64,000 bases of DNA from an uncultured Spirochaetota bacterium (GTDB taxonomy: Bacteria; Spirochaetota; Brevinematia; Brevinematales; JAOACQ01), in contig CAWIGG010000004.1 in assembly GCA_963835575.1 (NCBI GenBank), positions 64,001 through 128,000 of the forward strand, read 5' to 3'. The notes under the pieces were generated by a model. It did not search any database, was not told the DNA's origin, and saw nothing but the letters and a program-made list of their open reading frames with translations. How positions within the stretch are numbered: position 1 is the stretch's first letter; each line of letters begins with the position of its first letter. Shown here piece after piece: positions 45,741 through 55,496 of this stretch. The translations under genes and the position numbers were made by a program.

Positions 45741-48467
45741 ATGAACCGTTATAAATTGAGGCTGAAATTTCTCCGGCAGATATGTTTACTGATTCTGTTG
45801 ACTCCGGCTTTATTCCAGCCGCTCTATTCTTTGAGTATGTACGGCAGCCTGTATGATCCCGGCAGGGAGTTATTTACCATACAGACCCGGTACTTTGATA
45901 TCATCTATCCGGCGCAGTCGCGGAATTCAGCCTGTTACCTGGCTTCTTTCGCGGATGAAACCTATGAAAGGATCCATGCCCTTCTCGAGTCGAAGCATCC
46001 CGACCATATTACGGTCGTCATTACCCCCGATGCCGAAATACAGAACGGGATGTTCTCGCCGCTTCCCTATTCGCATATCATTATTATGGATTACCAGAGC
46101 CAGGCGGGACTTTTTAACGAAAAGGAATACCTGAAGGACGAGTTTACCCATGAACTGACGCACGCGGTTTCACTGAATATCAGGAGCGGTTTTTATGAGG
46201 GTTTCTCGGCGGTTTTCGGGAACTGGAGCCCGAACTACAGCATGCCGCTTTTTATGGATGAGGGGGCCGCGGTCAGCTTTGAAAGCCTGAACGGATGCGG
46301 GAGGGTGAACGACCCGGCTGCCCGGGAAGAGATCCGGCAGGACATCCTGGAAAACTCCTTCAAAGACCCGGCGATGGCCGACGGCGACTTTGACGACTAT
46401 CCCTACGGATATATCTATTACCATTACGGCGGATTATTCAACCATTACCTGCAGGCCGAATACGGCATGCATGCCTATGCGGACCTCTGGAAGGAAAACG
46501 GCGGGGCGCTGCCGTTTACCCTCATCTTCAATTTTGAAAAAGTTTACAGCAATTCTTTTTACAAAGAATGGGTAAAGTTTAAAGATTCCATCGCATTAAA
46601 GGCGCCGGTTGAAACCAATACGAATATCCTCTCGCCGGTCATGCAGTGGAGAAGGGAGATCGATTCCAGCGTCTTTGCGAACGGAAAAATTTATTTCAGC
46701 AACGGTGGGGCCAGAAGGATCAGTGTTTATGATATGGACAGTAAAAAATATTACTATCTTCTGGAAACAATGGCCGATCTCAGCATTTCGGAAAAAGGGG
46801 ATATCCTGTACCTGACTTCAGAAACCAAAGAGAACGAGGTGATCAAATCCCGGACGCAGGAATATAACATCAGGGAAAGAAAATTCAGCGGCAGGCAATG
46901 GAAGAAGCTGGGCAGTATCGCCCGGATGGGCGGCGGGATCGCCGCGGTCAGGGCGGACGGTCACAAAATGGACCTGGTTTATATCCATGACAATGGAGAA
47001 GAAGAAGTTATCCTCCGGGGCGGGGAATCTGTCAGTTTTGACAGCCTGGCAAAGTTGAATGATAAGGAAATTGTTTTTATTCTGTTTGAGCAGGGCAGGA
47101 GAAAAATCGCGTTTTATAATTTTGAAACAAGGCAGGTTTCTGTACTGGACGCCGCCGCGGATTATATCCGGGACCTCGCCGTTTATGAGGGTAAAATCGT
47201 ATTTGTTTGCAATAACGACGACACCCTCTACAAAATGGGAATAGCGGACAGCGGGAAACTCTACCTTCAGACAAACCTGGTCTACGGCGGCGTGTTTTCA
47301 CCCTTTATTTACAGGGACAGGATTTATTACAGGGGGAAATTCTCCACCGGGGATGTGTTTCTCCCGTACCCCTGTCAGCTGACCAACTGGAACGGCAGTA
47401 TCACCAATTATTCCCTCAAGGCCTGGCAGATGCCGGCCGAAACGGCGGAAACCGCTCCTCCGGATTTGCGGGAAAAGCCTTATAACGGCCTGCCGTACCT
47501 TCTGCCGCGGATGTGGGCGCCCTATGCCACGGTAAGCGGAAGCAGTTTCATCCCTGACAGCGTCGGCATTTATACCATGATGTGGGACCCGGTTTACCAG
47601 AATATATTCACTATCTATTCCACTTTTAATTATATGAAATATTTTGCCAACGCCTGGGGAAAATGGGAGAATTCGGCCCTCCCGGTCAACTTCAGCTTGA
47701 ACCCGTATGACCTGCTGCTCTACTTTTCCGGAGTCAACAGCTATGTCAGGCAGAGCGGGGTCAATATCGACCTGAACCACACCTTTTACTTTGCGCCCTA
47801 TTATTTTTATTACATCACCCTTGGGCTGGGGGCATCCTATTTCCAGATCGCGCCGGATGATAAAAAAGGTTCTCCCTATGCCTGGAAGTACTATTATGAA
47901 TCGCTCGTGCTGTCGGCCTATACAAAATTCCTGTTTTCATCGGATTATATTCCTACCTATGAAATCAACAATAGAAATAATGCCGTTTATCTGGATTATT
48001 TTCCCGGGAAGTCTGTTTATAAAGCCGAGGCCAATATCAATTATTATCCGTTTATTATAAATGCCGGATTGAAGCTGTACGGCGCGTACAGTCCGTCAAA
48101 AATTTTCAATATGGCCTCTCAAAGCTTTTATTTCGGAGGGGACCATTATCCGGCCTATAACGAATACCGCTCATTGACGAACACATCCGGCTATTACCTC
48201 AGCGGCGAACTGAATTACCTGGTCTATTTATGGGAGATCCAGCAGGGGTTCTGGCTTCTGCCTTTCTATGTCCGCCGGCTGAACCTGATCGCCGGCTACC
48301 GGGCCGCTTACCTGGACGGTTCCTACTTTCATTCTCTCTTTGCCAGGCTTTACCTGGAAAACTCCCTCTTTTACGGCAAGTCCTATGGAAACGCTTACGT
48401 GGAAGGCACCTATGCCTTTAACACCGGCGGATGGGGGATTTTATTCAATGTGGAGTATGGGTTGTAA
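45741..48467 (+). CDS. Large exported protein: gluzincin (HExxH) domain, beta-propeller-like middle, probable C-terminal barrel
   Basis: Signal peptide; HELTH...EGAAV..ES...GR; aromatic alternating C-terminal strands. Confidence 0.65.
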   Translation: MNRYKLRLKFLRQICLLILLTPALFQPLYSLSMYGSLYDPGRELFTIQTRYFDIIYPAQSRNSACYLASFADETYERIHALLESKHPDHITVVITPDAEIQNGMFSPLPYSHIIIMDYQSQAGLFNEKEYLKDEFTHELTHAVSLNIRSGFYEGFSAVFGNWSPNYSMPLFMDEGAAVSFESLNGCGRVNDPAAREEIRQDILENSFKDPAMADGDFDDYPYGYIYYHYGGLFNHYLQAEYGMHAYADLWKENGGALPFTLIFNFEKVYSNSFYKEWVKFKDSIALKAPVETNTNILSPVMQWRREIDSSVFANGKIYFSNGGARRISVYDMDSKKYYYLLETMADLSISEKGDILYLTSETKENEVIKSRTQEYNIRERKFSGRQWKKLGSIARMGGGIAAVRADGHKMDLVYIHDNGEEEVILRGGESVSFDSLAKLNDKEIVFILFEQGRRKIAFYNFETRQVSVLDAAADYIRDLAVYEGKIVFVCNNDDTLYKMGIADSGKLYLQTNLVYGGVFSPFIYRDRIYYRGKFSTGDVFLPYPCQLTNWNGSITNYSLKAWQMPAETAETAPPDLREKPYNGLPYLLPRMWAPYATVSGSSFIPDSVGIYTMMWDPVYQNIFTIYSTFNYMKYFANAWGKWENSALPVNFSLNPYDLLLYFSGVNSYVRQSGVNIDLNHTFYFAPYYFYYITLGLGASYFQIAPDDKKGSPYAWKYYYESLVLSAYTKFLFSSDYIPTYEINNRNNAVYLDYFPGKSVYKAEANINYYPFIINAGLKLYGAYSPSKIFNMASQSFYFGGDHYPAYNEYRSLTNTSGYYLSGELNYLVYLWEIQQGFWLLPFYVRRLNLIAGYRAAYLDGSYFHSLFARLYLENSLFYGKSYGNAYVEGTYAFNTGGWGILFNVEYGL

Positions 48468-48499
48468 TGTGATCAGAACTCGAAGGATAAAACCGGATC

Positions 48500-48529
48500 T
48501 TCCGCTAAGCCACGCGAATTCACGCCAAT
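48500..48529 (+). repeat. Left inverted repeat of the SDH cassette
   Basis: TTCCGCTAAGCCACGCGAA (19-bp perfect match to reverse complement of 50150-50168), then ttcACGCcAAT. Confidence 0.85.
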
Positions 48530-48653
48530 AATTTTTATTCCCATATTTGTAAGCCGAATAAGCAAATTTGATTATTTTCTTGATTTATTTTATTTTTAAC
48601 TATTGAAAAATATCGATTTAGTATTATAATTATATTAAAAATAGGAGGTTTTT

Positions 48654-49826
48654 ATGAGTTTATTGGGTGAATATATTAATAAAAAAATGGGCCCAATGGA
48701 ACTTGAAAATGAATTATTACAATTGATCAATCTTTATAATAGCAAAACAAATTCTTTTTTGTTTGTTTATGCGGCTTCATTTACAAAAAATATTCCTGAT
48801 ATTCCTATCAATATGGATGATTATTTCATAATAAGCGATATCTTGAAATCTACAAACTCAGAAAAACTAGATTTTTATGTTGAATCTCCTGGAGGTAGTG
48901 GTGAAACTGTAGAAGAAATCGTAGAATGTATCAGATCAAAATTTAAAGATGTTAATTTTGTTGTTTCTGGAGAAGCAAAAAGTGCGGGTACAATATTAGT
49001 TTTATCTGGAAATGAAATATCAATAACAGATTCAGGCAGCCTTGGACCCATCGACGCTCAAATTAAAATAGGCAGAGGAGTAGTATCAGCCTACGATTAT
49101 ATGGAATGGGTTGATGAAAAAAGAAAGGAAGCAAGCAAAAATTTAAAACTCAATCCTTTTGATGCTACAATTATCGCACAAATAAGTCCAGGTGAATTAA
49201 ATGGTGTCGACCAAGCTCTTAATTTTGCTACTGATCTTATTAAGGACTGGCTTCCAAAATATAAATTTCGTGATTGGAATAAAACAGAAACTAAAGGAAA
49301 GACAGTTACTGGAAAAATGAAAAAAACAAGAGCATCTTATATTGCTAATGAGTTAGTTAATCATTCAAAATGGAGAAGTCATGGCCGTTCACTTAAAATA
49401 GATGATTTAAAAAATTTATTGAAAATCAATAGGATAGACGATGATCCTAAATTAGCGGAAATAGTATATCGAATCCAAACAGTCATAAAGTTATTGTTTC
49501 AATTAACTTCTATTTATAAAATATTTGCAACGGCCACAGAAAAAATATTCCGAAGTGCAGTGTCTCAAAATCAGGCAAGTAGTTTAATGCCAAAACCCAA
49601 AAAAATTGATGCTATAGAGTTAGAGGTTAAATGTCCTCAATGCGGTCAATCACACGAACTATACGGTAAAGTTAAAAATGATCCGAAAATAGATATGGAC
49701 TTTAAAAATAAGGGAAAAAAGCCTATTGTTGGACAGGATAAAATAATTTGTTCTTGTGGATTTGCTATAGATATAATAGGTATAAGAAATGATCTTGAAA
49801 ATAAAACCGGAGCAAAATTTGTCTAA
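48654..49826 (+). CDS. SDH (DUF114) Clp-fold serine protease with C-terminal Cys motifs
   Basis: ESPGG, A.SAGT, LGPIDAQ, W.SHGR triad motifs; CPQC...CSC; AT-rich; GGAGG RBS; TTGAAA-N16-TATAAT. Confidence 0.85.
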   Translation: MSLLGEYINKKMGPMELENELLQLINLYNSKTNSFLFVYAASFTKNIPDIPINMDDYFIISDILKSTNSEKLDFYVESPGGSGETVEEIVECIRSKFKDVNFVVSGEAKSAGTILVLSGNEISITDSGSLGPIDAQIKIGRGVVSAYDYMEWVDEKRKEASKNLKLNPFDATIIAQISPGELNGVDQALNFATDLIKDWLPKYKFRDWNKTETKGKTVTGKMKKTRASYIANELVNHSKWRSHGRSLKIDDLKNLLKINRIDDDPKLAEIVYRIQTVIKLLFQLTSIYKIFATATEKIFRSAVSQNQASSLMPKPKKIDAIELEVKCPQCGQSHELYGKVKNDPKIDMDFKNKGKKPIVGQDKIICSCGFAIDIIGIRNDLENKTGAKFV

Positions 49827-49876
49827 ATATTAGTGAAATATTATAATATAAGGCTTTTTTTTATATTGGAGGAAAT

Positions 49877-50065
49877 ATGAGTACGGTTTTATTAAATAAG
49901 GAAACCTCTCAAAACACAGATCTCAAAGCCATGATTAAATTTCTTAAGATTACTAAAGAAGGTGGCTATTCAGAGATTGAACAGTCTTCGCTCGATTATT
50001 CTCGATCAAATTATGTGCCTGAAACTATTGATACTGAAGAGAGCTTTTTCTATAGCTTATCTTAA
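49877..50065 (+). CDS. Small hypothetical protein (62 aa)
   Basis: GGAGG RBS; follows the SDH protease inside the IR-bounded segment. Confidence 0.65.
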   Translation: MSTVLLNKETSQNTDLKAMIKFLKITKEGGYSEIEQSSLDYSRSNYVPETIDTEESFFYSLS

Positions 50066-50138
50066 TTTTATACCTTTAAAAACTCTCAAAATTACCCTAA
50101 ACAAGAAATATCTTCCCGCCTCTTCCTGTTAATTTTCA

Positions 50139-50168
50139 ATTCGCGTCCCTTCGCGTGGCTTAGCGGAA
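50139..50168 (-). repeat. Right inverted repeat of the SDH cassette
   Basis: ATTCGCGTcccTTCGCGTGGCTTAGCGGAA. Confidence 0.85.
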
Positions 50169-50187
50169 AACCCAATTCCAGTAATTT

Positions 50188-51075
50188 TCACGCATGCGGA
50201 TGGAACTTATCATAGCTTTCCTTCAGTTTTTCGATGGTCAGGTGAGTATAGACCTGCGTTGTGGAAAGGCTTTCATGCCCCAATATCTCCTGGATGACCC
50301 TTATGCCGGCGCCGTTCTGGAGCATATGCGTGGCGAAAGTGTGCCGCAGGGTATGGGGAGAGATGTGCTTCTGTATGGAAAGTTCATGGATGTACCGGTT
50401 GATGATATAGCGCACCATCCTGTCCTGAATTCTATGGCCGCTTTTTGTGAGGAACAGAGCCTCCCTGTCGCCCTTCGGCGCGTCCAGGTCCCTCCGGTAA
50501 TTCAGGTATTTAATGAGCATTTGCCTGGCTGTATTCCCCGTTGGGACCATCCTCTGTTTTGAGCCTTTACCTATAACTGACAGGATTCCTTCTTTAAAGT
50601 CGATGTCTTTCATATTAAGCCCGGTCAGTTCGGAAATCCTGAGGCCGCTCGCGTATAAAAGCATGACCATGGTTTTATTACGGACCGAAAGCGCGTCTGT
50701 TTCCGGTATTGAAGAAATCAGGCTGATGACCTCCCCTTTTTCTAAAATGGAAGGAAGCCTTTTTTCTTTTTTCGGGGATGAGATAAGCGAGGCGGGATTT
50801 TTTTCTATCGCGTCAATCTTTCCCAGGTATTTGAAAAATGATTTGAGAGAGGCGACTTTCCGCTCGATTGAAGAAGCCTTGAGCCCGCTTTTTCCCAGGT
50901 CCGCAATATAAAGATGAAGGATTTTATAGGAAATGGACTCCAGGCTCCGGATGTTCTGCCTGGAAAGAAAAGCCAGGAAATCGACGAAATCATTTTTATA
51001 CGATTCGATCGTATGGACGGAATAGCCTTTTTCATAACGGATATAGTTGAGAAACTGGTCTATTAACTTTTCCAT
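50188..51075 (-). CDS. xerC: Tyrosine recombinase XerC/XerD
   Basis: S.HT..SY..D, LYASGLRISEL, GKG.KQR.VP, SPHTLRHTFATH, Q..LGH..LSTTQVY, HP.A. Confidence 0.85.
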   Translation of the reverse strand: MEKLIDQFLNYIRYEKGYSVHTIESYKNDFVDFLAFLSRQNIRSLESISYKILHLYIADLGKSGLKASSIERKVASLKSFFKYLGKIDAIEKNPASLISSPKKEKRLPSILEKGEVISLISSIPETDALSVRNKTMVMLLYASGLRISELTGLNMKDIDFKEGILSVIGKGSKQRMVPTGNTARQMLIKYLNYRRDLDAPKGDREALFLTKSGHRIQDRMVRYIINRYIHELSIQKHISPHTLRHTFATHMLQNGAGIRVIQEILGHESLSTTQVYTHLTIEKLKESYDKFHPHA

Positions 51076-51167
51076 AATTATTTCCCGCCGGCCGTATATT
51101 TAATTCTCGGTATTTTTAATTGAAATAGTATCCGCATGAAGGCTATCCTTGCATTTTAATATAAGAA

Positions 51168-51227
51168 GCCGTCATTGCGAGTGCCCGGCTTTTTCTTCGC
51201 CGATGGACTTAATACGAAGCAATCTGT
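51168..51227. repeat. Half copy of the CGTC-type element
   Basis: GCCGTCATTGCGAG...CGAAGCAATCT, matching the element at 32374. Confidence 0.6.
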
Positions 51228-51569
51228 CTATTCAATAAAATTACTTTTTCTTAATAGTCCTTTTTTTTTCTTTGCCCGTTTTATTATTTTATTATTTGTG
51301 TTTCTGTACGGTGATTTAAATTTACCCCGCCCTTTTTTCCCGTTAAGGAAAGGTTTCTGCAGATCCGGAAGAGCGATGTCTTTTTTGAATTCGTCCACTC
51401 CCAGCGATTCTTCAAGCTCATTCCGTAACCCTCTCGCCTGTTCCTGGAATTTATTCAAGGTCGCCATCCATTTTCCGATTTTCCGCAGGATCTTCGGGAT
51501 GTCCTGCGGGCAGATAAAAAATATCAATATAAGGATCAGGAGTATTTCTCCGAACCAGTTTTCCAGCAT
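51228..51569 (-). CDS. tatB: TatB-like subunit
   Basis: GEILL...P.DIP...R.IG; downstream of tatC. Confidence 0.65.
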   Translation of the reverse strand: MLENWFGEILLILILIFFICPQDIPKILRKIGKWMATLNKFQEQARGLRNELEESLGVDEFKKDIALPDLQKPFLNGKKGRGKFKSPYRNTNNKIIKRAKKKKGLLRKSNFIE

Positions 51570-52279
51570 TATCCGGCTCCTATCTTAAAAATGGACGCCG
51601 CCGCCAGGGTCAGAAGATAAAGGCCGATCATCGGCAGCGCAAGGGATATCTGTGATATAACATCCGGGGCAAATACGGCCGCGATAATAAATATGATGAT
51701 CACGACATATTTAAAATTTTTTATCAGCATTTTGACAGTCAGTATATTCAGCTGGACCAGTACCAGCAGAACAACCGGAAACTCAAAACAGAGCCCGCAG
51801 CAGAGAAGGAATTTGAAAAAGAATTCAATAAATTTGGAATAATTTATCAGCAAACCGACATTGCCCGGAAAAAATCCTTCCGTCTTAAAAAAACGGACGG
51901 AAACAGGAAGGATTGATTGAAATGAAAAGAAAACACCGACGCTAAAAAGTACGAAAGCCGAAATGATTGAAGCCAGGACAATCCGTTTTTCTCCGGCGGT
52001 CAGACCGGGGAAAATAAAAAGGCAGATTTGAATAATAAAAACAGGCAGCGCGCAGATACAGCCGAAAATAAGGGAAACGTTCATCCGGGTCAGGAAGCCT
52101 TCCACAATAGTGTTGATATAGAGCTTTTCCCCAAGGATCGAAGATACGATTTGAATGAAATGGGGGAAAATGATATATCCGATAATGGCGAACGCCATAA
52201 TAGCCGCCAGAACCCACAACAGGCGGTTCCGGAGCTCGATAATATGCCCGATAAATGGAAGTTCCCCGGCTTTTTTCAT
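51569..52279 (-). CDS. tatC: Twin-arginine translocase TatC
   Basis: H..ELR.RL, F.FPGL...E, FE.P, PD..SQ..LA.P. Confidence 0.92.
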   Translation of the reverse strand: MKKAGELPFIGHIIELRNRLLWVLAAIMAFAIIGYIIFPHFIQIVSSILGEKLYINTIVEGFLTRMNVSLIFGCICALPVFIIQICLFIFPGLTAGEKRIVLASIISAFVLFSVGVFFSFQSILPVSVRFFKTEGFFPGNVGLLINYSKFIEFFFKFLLCCGLCFEFPVVLLVLVQLNILTVKMLIKNFKYVVIIIFIIAAVFAPDVISQISLALPMIGLYLLTLAAASIFKIGAG

Positions 52280-52282
52280 ACT

Positions 52283-52549
52283 TTACTTTTTAGAGGCCGC
52301 TCTTTTCTTTACAGGGGCCTTTTTTACCGATCTTTTTTGAGCGGCTGAAGTCCTTTTCCCTGTATTTCTTTTCGGCCTGGTCCCGGTGGGCTTTTCACGG
52401 GCGGTCTGGTCCTCTTCTTCCGCCTCGCGCAGTCCTTTCTTTAATTCTTTAAAACCTTCGCCGATCGCTTTGCCCAACTGGGGAAGCCTTGCCGCTCCGA
52501 AAATCAGGACCACCACAAGGACAATCAGTAATATTTCGCCTAATTTCAT
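52283..52549 (-). CDS. tatA: Twin-arginine translocase TatA
   Basis: E..LI....LIFG..RLP.LG.AIG.G.KE.KK. Confidence 0.92.
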   Translation of the reverse strand: MKLGEILLIVLVVVLIFGAARLPQLGKAIGEGFKELKKGLREAEEEDQTAREKPTGTRPKRNTGKRTSAAQKRSVKKAPVKKRAASKK

Positions 52550-52880
52550 AAAATAAAAAAACCTCTCATCTGTTATATTTCTTTTACCAAATCCGGCGGC
52601 TTTTAATCACAGGAGATATTATTTATAACTTGTTCCGGAGTTTCCGTCAAGTTAGGCGGCGCCTTTAGTTTTTTTAATTATGTCCAATGGAATATAGTAA
52701 ATTTGCGGGCAGTTCCTGAAATATTGGATTAATGGGATTGCCGGATAGCTAAGTTTCACGGATAAAAAAATATAAAAAAACACTTGCAATATAATAGTTA
52801 TTAATTAACATGTGGCAGTTCTGAAAATGATAAAAAATCAAGGAATTTAGAACATCTTATTCTTCAAGTACAAGATTTTA

Positions 52881-52932
52881 GGCATTTCCAAAAACACCAA
52901 TTTGATTTTTATGGTAGTTTTTTGGAAATGCC
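52881..52932. repeat. Inverted repeat upstream of the exported-protein pair
   Basis: GGCATTTCCAAAAA / TTTTTGGAAATGCC 14-bp perfect arms. Confidence 0.65.
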
Positions 52933-52960
52933 CATGTTGTAAGAGTTCGGGAGGGTTAAT

Positions 52961-54151
52961 TTGACCGAAAGGTTCCTGTCTTTAACCGTTCTGCTGATTA
53001 TTTTTACCGCACCGGCTTACGCGGATAGTCTCTATTATGCCCAGAAGATCGGGATTTCATACGATAAGAAAAGCGATGCCGCCGGAATTTGCGCCATTCT
53101 TCAAAAAAACATTCTCGCGTTTTCCGAGGGCGATACGAATATCCTTTTATATCCCGGTGAAAAATCCGACCTCGAAACCATCGGGTTGAAAGAAATAAAC
53201 GCCGGTGTTATGATTACATTGGCGAAAAAAGGGGTGAATTACAAAGTCAGCCTTTACCAGACCGGCGACAAAACGGTCCTTCTTGACGATACCGTGGAAA
53301 TTGGAGGCAAGGACATTGTGTCTTCAGTACTGACGGCGGCTCGGAAGCTTTTCGATATTTTGAAAGCCGATTTTCCCCTGAAGAAAAAAGAAGAGCTCAA
53401 AACGGTTGAGGTTGTCAAGGTCGGCGTGAGCGAGTTTGAATCCGCCATTCCTGTTTTCAGCGTCCGATTGATCCCGGGATTCAGCGCGGTCAGCTCAGGG
53501 CTGGGTTTTTCGAGTAATGAAATAGGCACTAATTTAAGCGGCAATGGCTTTTCCCTCCAGCTGGAAGGGATTTTCAGCTGCCTCGAGTGGAACGCCTGGC
53601 TTGGCGCCGGTATGTTCCATTACGGAGAATACGGCGACACATACCGTTTTCACACAGGGGCGGGTTACGGAATATTCGGCAGTCTGATCATCCTCGGCCT
53701 GGACGCGGATTTTTTCTTTTCCCGATTCAAACCAGGCGGCGGGCAAACTGTAACACCGAATATCAATTTTCCTTCTGCCGATATCTTTACATTTACAATC
53801 GGTCCGGTTTTTCAGTTTAACATTACAAAGACTTATTACATACAGGTTTCAGCGGGCATTCCTCTGGGCACGGCTTCCGCGGACCTGAATTTCAACCAGC
53901 AGGGCATTACAAATTATAAAATCAAACTCACTAACCCCGCAGGTCCTCCCTTCCTGCATTTTCTTTTTAATTTTGAGGTCGCCCCGAAATGGAGAATCGG
54001 CCTGGATTATTTTATGTATTCGGCCGGGTTGGATTTTGATTTACAGCAGGATTGGATAAACGCGGGCTATGACATCACAGGCGGAACATATATTAAAGCT
54101 TATAAGTATAGCCTGACTCAAATAGGTCTGGGAATCGAATATGAATTATAG
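52961..54151 (+). CDS. Exported protein, probable C-terminal beta-barrel
   Basis: Signal peptide (AYA); terminal 'IGLGIEYEL'; GGAGG RBS. Confidence 0.6.
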   Translation: MTERFLSLTVLLIIFTAPAYADSLYYAQKIGISYDKKSDAAGICAILQKNILAFSEGDTNILLYPGEKSDLETIGLKEINAGVMITLAKKGVNYKVSLYQTGDKTVLLDDTVEIGGKDIVSSVLTAARKLFDILKADFPLKKKEELKTVEVVKVGVSEFESAIPVFSVRLIPGFSAVSSGLGFSSNEIGTNLSGNGFSLQLEGIFSCLEWNAWLGAGMFHYGEYGDTYRFHTGAGYGIFGSLIILGLDADFFFSRFKPGGGQTVTPNINFPSADIFTFTIGPVFQFNITKTYYIQVSAGIPLGTASADLNFNQQGITNYKIKLTNPAGPPFLHFLFNFEVAPKWRIGLDYFMYSAGLDFDLQQDWINAGYDITGGTYIKAYKYSLTQIGLGIEYEL

Positions 54152-55406
54152 ATATTTTATTTTGATTTTATTGCTGTTATGCGCGGCAGGCCGGGCTTTA
54201 CCGGCTGAAAAGTGGAACGTGCTCGTCGCCTCCTGGGATGACCAGTCGCTGAAGCGCGACAGGAATGTCGGGCTCATACTCAGGAAATCCATTTCCGCGG
54301 AACTCGGCAGGCAGGAAAATTTCAGGGTGGTCCCGGGACTGCTTACAAATGTTCCCGTAGCGGGATACAGCGAGGCCGTTTCCCTCGGCCATGACGCAAA
54401 GGCCGACATTATAGTCTACGGCAGTTATTTTATCGAGAAAGATAAACTCCTGGTAACCGCCGAGGTTTACGACATACTTGAGAACAGGCTGAAAATGCGC
54501 CGAGTATATACGGGCGCAGTCACTGTCGATATTTTCGATACCATCGATTCGATGGCTTCCGATATAGTAGACAAAATAAAAGAAGTCCTGCCGGAAATGA
54601 CCGCCGAGAACGAAACAAGAGTTAAAAAGATCCGGAAGACCCTTTATGAAAAGGAAAAGGTGAATATTAAAAGACAGCTCTATACCCGTTTCGGTTTTTT
54701 GACTGATATCGGAAGTAAAAACTTGAATTGGAACCTGCAAAACGGCGGGTCCAGCAACAGTATTAATGGGAGCTGGCCCATCACTTCAATGGAAGTAGGG
54801 CTTGCCTTTCGTTACTGGAACATCAGGTTCGACTTTGATATTTCGGGTTTGCCCGGACTGCCGTATTACGACTGGAACCTCGGTAATGCCGGTTTTACGG
54901 AGACGGTGCCGAACATTGTATCTTTTTTCTTTTCATATTATCTCCCCTGGTGGGGCGAATCCTTTGCCGCCGGATTTGGGTTTTTATTTCAAAACGAGCT
55001 ATCAGCGACAAATAAGGACAGCGGTTTTCACAAGCAGTTTTACACAACGCAAATGTCCAAGGGTTTGCCGTACGGCTTCATCCTCATCTGGAACCCGGTG
55101 CATGAGCTTGAATTGGCCCTCCAGTTTTCACCATTATTCGGCTTGAGCGGCGAGAATTATTCGAGCGGCAGCGGCAGCGACGCGATGTCTTATGATTTTC
55201 CTCCCCTGACAATCGGCGCGATCTATTTCTTCGGGGACCTCGGCCTTTCGATAAGATTTTCGTTTGCCAGCGGGCATTACTACGAATGGAATATTAATGA
55301 CGGCTGGAAAGATTTTAACAATAATATTAACCAGCTGGAAGTAAACTCGGCTTTCCAGGATATGTTCATCAGCCTCGGAGTGGTCTACAGGGTGGATTTC
55401 CTGTAA
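54141..55406 (+). CDS. Exported protein with TolB-N/CsgG/FlgO-like domain and probable barrel
   Basis: Signal peptide; 'A..LG..A.AD.IVYGS......L.VTAEVYD' pattern; terminal 'ISLGVVYRVDFL'. Confidence 0.6.
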   Translation: MNYRYFILILLLLCAAGRALPAEKWNVLVASWDDQSLKRDRNVGLILRKSISAELGRQENFRVVPGLLTNVPVAGYSEAVSLGHDAKADIIVYGSYFIEKDKLLVTAEVYDILENRLKMRRVYTGAVTVDIFDTIDSMASDIVDKIKEVLPEMTAENETRVKKIRKTLYEKEKVNIKRQLYTRFGFLTDIGSKNLNWNLQNGGSSNSINGSWPITSMEVGLAFRYWNIRFDFDISGLPGLPYYDWNLGNAGFTETVPNIVSFFFSYYLPWWGESFAAGFGFLFQNELSATNKDSGFHKQFYTTQMSKGLPYGFILIWNPVHELELALQFSPLFGLSGENYSSGSGSDAMSYDFPPLTIGAIYFFGDLGLSIRFSFASGHYYEWNINDGWKDFNNNINQLEVNSAFQDMFISLGVVYRVDFL

Positions 55407-55496
55407 TTAGTTAAATATAAATAGAAGCAATCCTTTTTATAAATTTTTAGTCTTAAAAACAAACTGTGTTATAAAAACCGGGTTGGAAGTTTCATA

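Noticed and set aside
50188..51075. Integron or phage integrase next to the protease cassette
   Set aside because: Length and motifs fit housekeeping XerC/D; no integron-specific insertion or attC array is seen.
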